Shown piece by piece: positions 41,228-52,123 of a stretch of DNA of 64,000 bases. The notes beneath the pieces are model-generated. The model was not told where the DNA came from. It saw nothing but the letters and a program-made list of their open reading frames with translations, and did no database searches. The stretch lies in contig CM069147.1 of NCBI GenBank assembly GCA_035221665.1, positions 20,708,001 through 20,772,000 of the forward strand, given 5' to 3'. Numbering within the stretch: position 1 is the stretch's first letter; every line of letters begins with the position of its first letter. The translations under genes were made by a program, and so were the position numbers. The stretch comes from Okamejei kenojei. Its lineage: Eukaryota.

Positions 41228-42003
41228 CTGGCCAGCAATTTTGGAATTGGCGGAGAGGTGGAATATTGCGTTGGGGGACGAGCCCTCCCGTGTGAAGCTG
41301 TGGCCCAACGGGTCCCACTTACTCGAGTAGTTAGATAATTTTTGTGTCGTCTGCATAATTATGGTAACTTATTTTATTGTTTTCCATAATCTGAGCCAGT
41401 GGGAGCAGATAGATGTTAAACAGAAGAGGCCCCAGATTGGAGCCCTGGGGAACTCTACATGTCATGTTTGTCTGCTCTGATGTGTAATTACCTATAGACA
41501 CAACGCAGTTAGTGGGATTCAAACCAGTTTAGTACTGTGCCAGAATGTCCAACCTAGTTTTCCTATCGGTCTAAGACTAAGACTGAAATTTTGCCACTGT
41601 CTGTATTTAAGTGGATGTCATTGAAGTCCTTAACAAGAGCAGTCTCAGTGCTGTGGTGTGGTGGAAAACCTGACTGGAAGACATCAAAGCAGTTGTTTAA
41701 TGACAAGAATTTGTTAAGCTGTTGAAAAACATCCTTTTCAATGATTTTACTTAAAAATGGAAGGTTTGATATGGGCCTGCATTTGCACATTAGTGACGTG
41801 TCTAGATTGTTCATTTTTAAGAGTGGCTGCAGTTTTCAGAGCCTTTGGGAAGGCACCTGAGAGAAGGGACGTGTTTATGATTTGTAGAAAATCTGAGGCC
41901 AAATAATTTGAAACATTTTTGTAAAAGCCTGTTGGAGCGAAGTGGAAGATCAATAATATTGGGAATTCTCTGTTCATGTGGACTTCAAAATCTTAGTGTA
42001 TAC

Positions 42004-43195
42004 AGTGCATATCGGGCCACTAGATCTGTGAATGATGCAGTCAACCTGGGCCTTCACCGTCAGGGGACCTATGCGAGGATCCTGTTCATTGATTTCAGTT
42101 CTACATTCAACACCATTGTGCCAGAGCTACTACACTCCAAACTTTCCGAGTTGACTGTGCCTGAACACTGCTGTCGGTGGAGCACCAGCTTCCTGACAGA
42201 CAGAAAGTAGCATGTGAGGCTGGGAAAGCTCCTCTCGGACCCGCAAACGCTCAACATAGGAGCACCGCAAGGCTGCGTACGCAATCCTCTCCTCTACTCT
42301 CTCTACACCAATGACTGCACCTCCACAGACACCTCTGTCAAGCTTCTCAAGTTTGCAGAAGACACAACCCTGATTGGACTGATCTGCCTACAGACAGGAA
42401 GTGTCACAGCTGGCATACTGGTGCCATCGCAACAACCTAGAACTCAATAAGACAGTGAATTTGATTGTAGACTTTAGGAGAGCTCCCCCTCCCCTCACCC
42501 CACTCACCATCAACAACACCACAGTCACATCTTTAAGTCTTTTAAGTTCCTGGGAACCAAGGACCTTAAGTGGGGGGCTACTATCGACTCCACAGTCAAA
42601 CAGGCACAACAGAGGATGTACTTCATATGGCAGCTGAGGAAACACAATCTGCCACAGGCAATGATGGAACAATTCTACACGGCCATCGTAGAGTCTGTTC
42701 TCACTTTCTCCATCATGGTCTGGTTTGGCTCAGTCACCAAGCATGACACCTGGAGGCTGCAGCGAATCGTCCAATCAGCTGAGAAGGTTATTGGCGGCAA
42801 CCTTCCCTCCATTGATGAACTGTACGCTGCAAGGGCCAAGAGGCGTGCGGGCAAGATCATCACTAACTCCTCTCACCCTGGCTACAAACTCTTTGAATCA
42901 CTTCCCTCTGGTAGGCGACTCCGGACTGTCAAAGCTGCCACAGCCAGATATAAAAACACTTTTTATCCACAAGTAGTTGCTCTACTCAACAGCCAAAAAT
43001 CTGTAGCCTCCCTTTGATCTGGTATTTTGTTGGTTCACATGCTTGATCAATGGTGTTTATCATTAATGTTATTATTATTTATATTTAGCGTTTCCCGAGT
43101 CATTTGTAATGGTCACTATGTCATGTTGTTACATGTGAGTGGAGCACCAAGGCAAATTCCTTGTATGTGAATACTTGGCAAATAAACTTACTTAC
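42004..43195 (+). mobile_element. Rex1/Babar-type LINE, 5'-truncated
   Basis: AYRATRSV...ARILFIDFSSTFNTI, GAPQGCV, KFAEDTTL, ORF 42616..43017; ends aataaacttacttac. Confidence 0.88.
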
Positions 43196-45062
43196 ACGTG
43201 GCCACGTGTGTTCTAGACAGGAGCCATACGTTATGCATTAATGTATTTGAATTAAATAAAAATAATGTAGGAAAGTGGCTCTAATTATTCGGGATTATGC
43301 TGGATGAAAGTGCAGCGAAACATAGCAAATTATCTACTTCTGCATCTCTTTACTGTGTTGAAAATGGTGGAAGCTGGAGTCAAATGAACACTGGAGCAAG
43401 ACATTCTGGCGAATTTCATGGAAAAGTATTTAGAAGTACCGGCAGGTTTATTTTCAATACTGTCAAGGGTGTTTTTATTCCAGGTAAATGTATTAATTTG
43501 ATCTTTGCATGCTGGTTGGGCGCAAATGGGATATGCAGGAATTTCATGACGCTGGATCAAATTATTGTGTGGCAGCGGTTTTCTCGTTAATTAACTATAT
43601 TACCCAGGTTGGTCATGTTTGCAAAGTTTGGACACATCCTATATGGCTAATTACCGTCGGAACATTTGATGATGTGGTCGAATATCAACAGCACTGCTGT
43701 GAAGAGTCATTTACAATATTCTGCTCACTGACTAATGCAATGATTGCATTAGTCTTGTTCCACGGGCCATCATTTCATTTGACGAATAAAATGTTACAGT
43801 AGCGAAAATATAAACCTGACATCAACTTGCATTTAGCTGTAGGTGGAATCAAAGATTAATGGGGGAAATAAGTCTGAAGGCGTATGAAGAAAATGACAGG
43901 ACAATGGTTTTATTAACACATTGCTTAAAAAAAAGGTGATTTTGATTGTTGCAAATTACTTCATCAATGTTGAGTCTAAATACATATAATGCGATTGAAC
44001 AGAGTAGATAAGGAGCTCAACGACCCATTGTTGTGACGTGGAGAATAAGAGGCCTCATCGCGATCGGTAATATATACACCGCGGTTACATACTGTACATG
44101 TAAACAAATCATATGAATATGGTGCTCTGGATCTGAATACCTATTAACCGCGCCATTCCTGATTTTCACTGCAACTATCAGGCAGGAGGTACTGAAGCGC
44201 ACATTGCCAGATTCAATTTGCTATTCACCTACATCGATTAGGATCCTGAAAGTGTTTGGAAACTAATGATCCTACCTTGAGAGCAGAACACTACGGACCT
44301 CCTCCTACACTACCATGCATTTGGTTCTTTTTAAGGTAATTTCCAATAATTCAACTATTGTTAATTGCCTCGGAATTATATACGCTCTACCACCTTCGAA
44401 AATACCTCCTATGTACAATGGTCGTAGTATAAATGCGTTAAAAAAATATTCTTCCAGAATAGATTTCAATGGAAATTGATCACAGCGCAAACTCTCGACA
44501 AAACATTGTGGTGGTTGTTGTGAAAAATAAAGTGTTTATAGTCTTTGGTATATTGAAAACTTTCTGTATTTAGGTCAGAATCAGATGAGACAGAACGATA
44601 TGGGGCCTAAATCCCCCGCCTCCGTTTTTCTTTCGGAAATAACAAATACATTGAAAATGACCGAGCGATCAGAAGTAACCATAAAACGTCTATTTTAGTT
44701 ATGTAACTGATAATAATAACGTAATTCAAAGCGTTTGGAAAGTTACTTTATCAGTTAAACACAACACATATTTCAAAATATCTATTCATTATCATAGTAA
44801 AGCAAGGCATCAAATATTTAATCATTAATCCCACAAGTAACTCACAGTCAATAATGTAGACGTGAGTACGTCGACCGATACTGATCATATTATTTTTTTC
44901 CAGAATTCCAGTGCCTATATCTAATTCGTCTGTAGGATGAACTTCAAAATATTAATGTTTACGTTTTGTAGGCTACTGTGGTAGGCACATCTTACAATTA
45001 CAATCATCTTAGGTAGCCATTCAGTATTCGCTGGAAGGCTGGGGGTTCAATGCTGGTCAGGT

Positions 45063-45138
45063 TCATTGGGTGTCGCTTGGTTGATCCTGCTTGAGGTTTC
45101 CAACACTCCCTACTTGATGGCTTTTTCTTACATAGACC
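45063..45138 (-). CDS. Copy B exon 5, short cytoplasmic tail to TGA
   Basis: Strong polypyrimidine acceptor ctctcttgtttgtgcag|; phase-2 reading gives RVYVRKSHQVGSVGNLKQDQPSDTQ*. Confidence 0.6.
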
Positions 45139-48100
45139 CTGCACAAACAAGAGAGGGTGGAGAAAACCTTTCTAACTACAAGTGCAATTTAATTATGCAA
45201 ACATTTGTTCTATAGCAGATAATTTAAGGATACTTTCTCAGGCGGATAAAATATATTCAGCAGTTAGAAATAACATCACATTTATAAATGGGCACAATTT
45301 CAGGAAATACAGAAGTTTACTTATCTCATTTACTCCAAAGGGATTGAAAACTGTAATTATTTTAAGTTTTAAAAAAAAGGAGTGGACTCATCGCATGAAG
45401 TAATTTTTGTAGAGACTGAAGTCAGCAGTTTACATTGCTGGTTGAAAACCCGAATTGAGAGGGAGCAAGAGGGAATGTGGGTCTGGTGGCTGAACCACTG
45501 AATTTCTTTCAAGTTTTATTTTATTTATGCCAGTTTCTGCATTTTTTACTTTTTGCGTTTGATAAAATATCTGCGCTTCAACACTCTACAATATTGAATA
45601 TTACCGGCGAAGAATGATTGAAGAAAAAAGTTGCACAAGAGGGAGCTTGATCTTTCCGGCTCTTGGATTCCTTGCCAGCTCATTGGATTTAACCAGAATG
45701 AACAATTTGAGCATTCACTGATGCTTATAGTTAAGTTACTTGCATCCAGATCTTTTTACTGGAAACGCTCTATATAATTCTTCATACTAAGTTGCCAAGA
45801 ATATATTGGCATTTCAAAGAATTGACAGTCCCAGTCCATCAGGTTTTAATTATATTTATGATCCTCTGCGCAATACATAAACTCTCGCAAATATATTTCC
45901 TAATTCCATGAAATATTGTACGAACATATATTTTCACATATATTACGTACCTTTTATAAAACGGCAACTGACAGTGCGTCCCAATAACGGTACCAATCAG
46001 GGTCAGGAGCACCAGAAAGCCCAGAGCATGTCTAATGTGGAAGGCGAAAGCATTAACTGCAGAAATAATGGGAGCAAATTAATTCCTGTGTGTTTGTGCT
46101 ATTGGTGAAACTTGTGTTAATTATTTCCGAGTATAGAAACGATGTCTGCTTGGGAAACTATTCTGAGGAGATTATTCTCCACCGGAGTGAACGGGGAGAT
46201 TTTTAATCGAGCTTCGAATAATTAGCAGCTGTGGAAAATGAAATAGTTGCTTTACTGAACCCAATGCAGGACGGCATACAAGTCACAGGTGGTTCGCGTT
46301 TTTCAGTGCAACGCAGTGAATGGCAAAAAATAGTGACAATCACCGAATTCCATTTGCTCAGCGGTGCGCTTGTTCAAATGAGAATGTTAGTGAATCAATA
46401 TGGATGTCGGCACGCCGTGGTAGAACTAGGATGTTTGTCAAGCCACACACATGCAAACAAAAACAACGCAGATATAAGGAACTGCATAAACGGATCTTGA
46501 GAACAACCCAAATGCTGGAGTAACACAGCAGACCAGCCAGCATCTACGGGAAAATGGATAGGCGACTATTTGAGTTGGGACCCTTCTTCAAATGTGGTGT
46601 AGTGGAGGGAGAAAGCTGGATAAGACCAAAGCGGATACAGGTGACGGCGGTTTGATTAGAAGCTGGTGGTCAGTTAAGGCTGGGGTGAAATGCAGTATTG
46701 GACGCCTCACTCGAAGCATCCCTTCAATTATAACACAACATAATTGTCGGTTTTAATCTGCTAAAGATGTCCTTTCAGTTTAGAAAGGCGTTACTTTTAG
46801 AATTCCGTACTTGAATTTTTCATAGTGGGAGTGGATGCCGCACCGAAGAATTTAGGGAGGACGGGTGGTTCGATTTTAACGAGGGTGAGCACGGTGAAGC
46901 AAAGGATTCTACATCAGGATTAAAAAAAAACGAGGAAGCGCGAGGGAAAACCTAAGCCCCTGAAATCAGTTGCGCCGCGAAGTGTGGAATCAACGGTGCA
47001 TTAGGAAATCTTTTTTAAAGTAACATGAAAGAAACATCAACGCTACCCAGTAGAAAGGCAAAATGTTTAAATTTGTTTTTCTATTTTGGGGAACAAATAA
47101 GACATTTTCATTGAAAACGATTAATTGATAATAGAAGGTAGACAAAATGCTGGAGAAACTCAGCGGGTGAGATAGCATCTGTGGAGCGCAGGAATGGGTG
47201 ACGTTTCCGGTCGAGACCCTTCTTCAGACGAGACCCTTCTTCACATCAGTCTGAAGAAGGATCTCGAGCCGAAACGATACCCGTTCCTTCGCTCCATAGA
47301 TGCTGCCTCACCCGCTGAGTTTCTCCAGCATTTTTGTCTACCTCCGGTTTTCCAGCATTTGCAGTTCTTTCTTAAACGTAGTTGATAATGGGTCCTCGCG
47401 GACAGGAACAAATAGAAATAGTAGTTTGCTTTTACGAATTTAATAGGAGATGGCTTTGTTGGCATCGTACCTTGGTTACATTCGGAACCAGCGATGACAG
47501 CCTGGGCTGAAGTAGTGAGGGAGACATGAGATATTAAACAGGTATATTTGATATCGCTCTGAAATGGTGGCAACGCGACCAAAGAGCTGGAAACCGTATA
47601 CAGTCCTTCGGCGTTCTTCTTTGTTTCGATCTGTATTTCAGATGTTGTTTCGACCCCATTTTTATACCAATTAAGCGTGAAATTCTCAGGATAGAATGCA
47701 GCTGTTTCACACACATGAATACAACTCGCGGTTGGATTCATTTCACGAGTCTTGGTGAAAATGTTCAGTGGAGTTGGAAGCGCTGCGGAACAGAACATGA
47801 ACACAATTAAATCACATTACGCCGTTGAAGGGTTGCTATTATTAACCGCGAGTGCGTTGTAATAATGACGCATTGGAAAATGTATTTGATATTACCTAGA
47901 CCAGGTGTTCATGCCTGATCCAAATCTCTCTTCCAGGCCGATGTTTCACGAGTCTTGCCGATTCAGTGATAATGCCGCTTCCTTCAAATATTTATGTAGG
48001 TTTATCTTATTAGAGTTTGAATAATAAATCAAATACAACGCGACATATGTTACCACGATGAGATTCTCTGAGTTTTTTAACTCAAAGATAACGGTACAGA

Positions 48101-51100
48101 AGAGATTCAGTATGAATTTTGAATTTGCCGGGATTGAGTCCCGTTTGTTTCCCTGGTCTGAACACAGCCGCGGTGTGATCTGGTGGACGTATATCAAGTT
48201 ACAAGAAGCATAAGTAGACGATACATGGAATGGGTTTTTTTTTCCATCGTAGAAGGCTTATGTTAAAATTAAAGGAAGGGTTTTCATATGGAATCTGACT
48301 GGACGATTTTTACACAGAGAGGTTGCTAACTGCATTTGGCATCCAGCGTAGGTGCTGTAGTCAGATAACATCACCAGGTTAATATGAATTCAATAGGCAA
48401 TAGGTGCAGGTGTAGGTCATTTGGCCCTTCGAGCCAGCACCGCCATTCAATGTGATCATGGCTGATCATCCCCAATCAGTACCCCGTTCCTGCCTTCTCC
48501 CCATATCCCCTGACCACTATTTTTAAGAGCCCTATCTAGCTCTCTCTTGAAAGCGTCCAGATAACCTGCCTCCACCGCCCTCCAAGGCAAATAATTCCAC
48601 AGACTCACCACTCTCTGTGAGAAAAAGTGTTTCCTGGTCTCCGTTCTAAATGGCTTACTCCTTATTCTTAAACTGTGGCCCCTGGTACTGGACTCCCCCA
48701 ACATCGGGAACATGTTTCCTGCCTCTAGTGTGTCCACGCCCTTAACAATCATATGTGTTTCAATGAGATTTCCTCTCATCCTTCTAAACTGAGTGTACAA
48801 GCCCAGCTGCTCCATTCTCTCAACACATGACAGTCCCGCCATCCCGGGAATTAACCTTGTAAATCTACGCTGCACGCCTTCAATAGCAAGAATGTCCTTC
48901 CTCAAATTCGGGGACCAAAACTGCACACAATACTCCAGGTGTGGTCTCACTAGGTCTCTGTACAACTGCAGAAGGACCTCTTGTACTGCCCCTCTTCCCA
49001 ACCTGACGCCATCAACAGATCATTGATGTATATTGTAAATAGCTGCGGTCCCAGCACCGAGCCTTGCGGTTCCCCACTAGCCACTGCCTGCCATTCTGAA
49101 AGGGACCCGTTAATCCCTACTCTTTGTTTCCTGTCTGCCAACCACTTCTCCATCCATGTCAGAATTCTACCAGAATTTTGCCCAGTAATCTCTTATTCAC
49201 ATTATGGGACCTTATCAAATGTTTTCTGAAAGTACAGGTACACTACATCCACTGGCTCTCCCTTGTCCATTTTTGTCGTTACATCTTCAAAAAATTCCAG
49301 ATTAGTCAAGCATGATTTCCCCTTCGTAAATCCATGCTGACTCGGATCGATCCTGTTACTGCTATCCAAATGTGCGGCTATCTCATCTTTTATAATTGAC
49401 TCCAGCATCTTCCCCACCACTGATGTCAGGCTAACTGGTCTATAATTCCCAGTCTGTAGAACATTGGAAAATTATCACCAACGCATCCACGTTTTCTAGA
49501 GCCACTTCCTTAAGTACCCAGGGATGCAGACCATCGGGCCCTGGGGATGCACAGACATTCTAATAGGCAAGTCGTAGTAGATAAGGACCTAACGCTGGTA
49601 AATTAAATTTGAGTAGATGGAGAAATAGGTCGGATGGACTTGGCGGACCAGAAGGCTATTCATGTGCTGTGCAACTCTGAGACTCCAAGTAGCAATGTGG
49701 TCAGACCGTGTTTATGATGAGAAACGTTTTCATGTGAATGTTCTTGAGACATACATTTCTTTTTCTTCTGCTATTGTAATGTGAATAGGTGGTAGGATTT
49801 GTGTTTTTCTCTGGTAATATTTCAACACTATTTTTGTGACCAAGGTTAATTCACGGGCTGGCGGGGCAGTAATATGTTGAAAGAATGGAGTGACTGGGCT
49901 TGTATACACTGAAATTTAGAAGGATGAGAGTGGATCTTATTGAAACATAGAAGACTATTAAGGGATTGGACATGTTAGAGGCAGGAAACATGTTCCCAAT
50001 GTTGGGGGAGTCCTGTACCAGGGGCCACAGTTTAAGAATAAGGTGTAGGCCATTTAGAAAGGAGATGAGGAATATATTTTTCACCCAGAGTTGTGAATCT
50101 GTGGAATTATCTGCCTCACAAGACAGTGGAGGCCGATTTTCTGGATGCTTTCAAGAGAGAGTTAGATACAGCTATGGGGAGATTGCAGGAACGGGGTACT
50201 GATTGTGGATGATCAGCCATGATCACAACGAATGGCAGTGCTGGCTCGCAGGGCCGAATGGCCTACTCCTGCACCTATTGTCTATTGACATTGCTTTATC
50301 ATAATTTCCCAATACAAGAACAGATGTTTACCTACGTCGTTAAAATCCAACATAAGGTAACTAAAAACGTTAGCATTTATTGAGAGAGGACTGGAATATA
50401 AACAATAAACAGAGATATAATGCTGAGGCTTCATAAGGCAATGGTCAGACCGCGTTAGAGTATTGTAAACAGTTTTGGGGGCCCGTACCTGAGGAGGGAT
50501 TTTCTAGCATTGAAAATAGTTCAGATGAGATTTACGAGAATTATCCAGGGACCGATTGAGTTAACGTATATTGAGCGATTGACGGTTCTGGGCCTATACA
50601 ATCTGTAGTTTAGAAGTATATGGAGGGGACCTTATTGAAACTTACCAAATAGTGAAGGACTTGGATAGAGTGGATGTGGACAGGGTGTTTCCAGGATTGG
50701 GAGAGTCTAAGACCAGTGGGCACAGTCTCATAACAAAAGTACATTCGTTTTGAAAGGAGACATGGAGGAATTTCTTAAGTCAGAGGGTGATGAAACTGTG
50801 GAATTAATTACCTCAATGGCCGTGGCGGCCAAGACTTCTGTATTTTTAAAGCTGAAATTGATGGGTTTTGATTAGTATGTATGTGAAAGGTTATGAGGCG
50901 AAGACAGGAAAATTAGGTTGAAAGGGAAATATCGCTCAGTCATGATTGAATGGCCCATTGGCCTCGATGGGTCGAATGGTCTTAGTCTGTTCCTATGACT
51001 TATGAACATGAATTTATGAACTTTGTATATTAAGTTCCATTGCGCTTCACGTCAGCATTATAAAATTTAGGGAGATGAATTGGGTGATGCCAGAGTAATT

Positions 51101-52123
51101 TGAGCCATTTAAAATACATGATCTGAGTAACATTCTCCAAATAAGGAAATAGAACATGAGCATTTGTTCACTTTCAGTTAATGCTAACACTGGAGCGATT
51201 GCATCCTGCTTTGGGCAAAACTGCACAATTCAACCGACTGCAACTCAATGAACATTCAAGGAAATATTTTCTTGGACTTATTGGATTTCCATAGGTTAAA
51301 GATCCATTATGAACTTTGAAGGAATTTAAAAAATATGAATTTGCTTTTATAAAATCGGACATTGCGTTTCCAATTTTGGCGAGATGAGTGAAATGGAACC
51401 GAATTTCATAAAGGAGGATAGGCATGCAGAGTTTTAAACCCTCTTGTCGCAGAATGTAGATAGAACGATAGAACAGATAGAACGATAGAACTGAACATAA
51501 CATACACAAAAGGCATTAAAGGACATCTTCACAGTGATTCGGTTTGCAAATTCCATGATAAATTCTTCCTTCTCCAATTATTTTTCGCTTACCATATACT
51601 ATTAGACGTGATCCGGTTGAATTTCTTGGAGCCATTCCGTTACGAATCACCGAACACAGATACACACCAGAATCTTGAATCTTTGCATTATTCAACTTAA
51701 AGTACCCGCTTACTCGACCTCTCACGCCAAAACGTTTCCTGTCGTCGGTACCTTCACGTTGGTATTCCTTCTCGCCCTGTTTCCACCATTTGACTATTAC
51801 CCGAGATTGATCTTTAGAAATGGGGAATATGCAGTAGAATGTGGCGTTCCCTCCTTTGAGTAAAATAACTTCTTTGGGCATTTGCTCTGCGTTGTATGAA
51901 ATCTGTCCCCCACCTGTTGGGAAACACAGTCAAGGAGAGGTGATTATGTTGATGACGGCATACGGACGGCAGAATAAAAGGGACGACGTTACATGCAGCT
52001 ACATTAAGGTGTAAACGTGTCGGAAATTATTTTATAAGCTAAAGCAGATGGAACAACGAACAAAGTTGTACCTGTGCAAATATTCACAACGACAGCCAGT
52101 AAGTGAAATATACTGGTTTCCAT
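45063..52123 (-). CDS. Complete non-rearranging IgSF receptor gene (copy B): leader-VJ-C1-TM(Arg)-cytoplasmic tail, 288 aa; NKp30/NCR3-like V joined to a C1 domain
   Basis: Exons 52123-52072, 51913-51593, 47782-47471, 46056-45951, 45138-45063, with AG/GT at every splice junction and compatible phases (1,1,1,2). Total 867 nt with an open frame: METSIFHLLAVVVNICTG-GGQISYNAEQMPKEV...YCIFP...VKWWKQG...DSGVYLC...NSTGSRLIVY-ALPTP...VCETAAFYPENFTLNWYKNG...YTCLISH...ECNQ-VNAFAFHIRHALGFLVLLTLIGTVIGTHCQLPFYK-RVYVRKSHQVGSVGNLKQDQPSDTQ*. Confidence 0.85.
45951..46056 (-). CDS. Copy B exon 4, transmembrane exon with Arg (FAFHIRHALGFLVLLTLIGTVIG)
   Basis: Acceptor atttctgcag|, donor AAG|gtacgt, 106 bp, phase 1 in and phase 2 out; hydrophobic helix; not present in the ORF track. 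Confidence 0.8.
47132..47372. mobile_element. Palindromic Penelope-end element (inverted repeat) in intron 3 of copy B
   Basis: 47135-47229 is the approximate reverse complement of 47249-47344. Confidence 0.8.
47471..47782 (-). CDS. Copy B exon 3, C1-set Ig domain
   Basis: Acceptor ttccgcag|, donor AAG|gtacg, 312 bp phase 1-1; C-x4-FYP, WYKNG, GLYTVSSSL and YTCLISH C1 motifs (inside ORF 47241..47804). Confidence 0.92.
48392..49548 (-). mobile_element. CR1 LINE with internal deletions, in intron 2 of copy B
   Basis: ORFs 48456..49001, 48950..49153, 49202..49420; (caatagg) tail. Confidence 0.9.
49840..50288 (+). mobile_element. CR1 3' fragment
   Basis: ORF 49966..50202; tail ctattgtctattg. 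Confidence 0.85.
50370..51005 (+). mobile_element. Old CR1 3' fragment (predates the gene duplication)
   Basis: Degenerate CR1 C-terminus; its 3' part is shared with 1-350. Confidence 0.8.
51593..51913 (-). CDS. Copy B exon 2, V-set Ig domain with J-like G strand in the same exon
   Basis: Acceptor ttcccaacag|, donor |gtaag, 321 bp phase 1-1; B-strand Cys, C-strand Trp, DSGVYLC, STGSRLIV. Confidence 0.92.
52072..52123 (-). CDS. Copy B exon 1, signal peptide METSIFHLLAVVVNICT(G)
   Basis: ATG at 52123, hydrophobic core, CAG|GTAC donor in phase 1; nearly identical to 1404-1455. Confidence 0.85.

Larger units (their letters stand above)
22349..41327 (+). mobile_element. Non-autonomous Helitron (22349-22911 and 40980-41327) carrying a nested Gypsy
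   Basis: Starts TCTATATA after A; ends with hairpin gtggcccaacgggtcccac followed by ttactcGAG (CTAG variant) before T; no TSD; removing it rejoins the L2 reading frame at an A|T site. Confidence 0.7.
7716..41990 (-). mobile_element. One L2 LINE split into three pieces (7716-7976, 21631-22348, 41328-41990) by nested insertions
   Basis: Pieces read contiguously on the minus strand: ...RPISNLPFLSKIIEK...PQGSNLGPLLFNIY...YADDT | ISPGDY...LNEDKTEV...SRLDYCN...LQLIQNAA...WNKLPENCRS | TLSSFKSGL; 3' end aagcactttgaattg...tgctatataaataaa. Confidence 0.8.

Noticed and set aside
41045-41356. Poly-Pro/poly-Gly ORFs
   Set aside because: Translation artefacts of the poly-C tract; the same applies to ORFs over the 4545-4722 purine tract
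45602-45720. Possible extra exon ending at ccg|gtaa
   Set aside because: No convincing acceptor or protein similarity, and the TM and tail exons already join in phase
45063-45970. ITIM/ITAM in the cytoplasmic tail (FYKRV, VYVRK)
   Set aside because: Position -2 of YKRV is Pro and YVRK lacks a +3 hydrophobic residue; at most a YxxPhi sorting motif
51530-51536. Perfect CACAGTG heptamer ~57 bp beyond the V exon as a possible RSS
   Set aside because: No nonamer at 12 or 23 bp in either direction, not conserved in copy A (cacaatg), and the V already has its J-like strand
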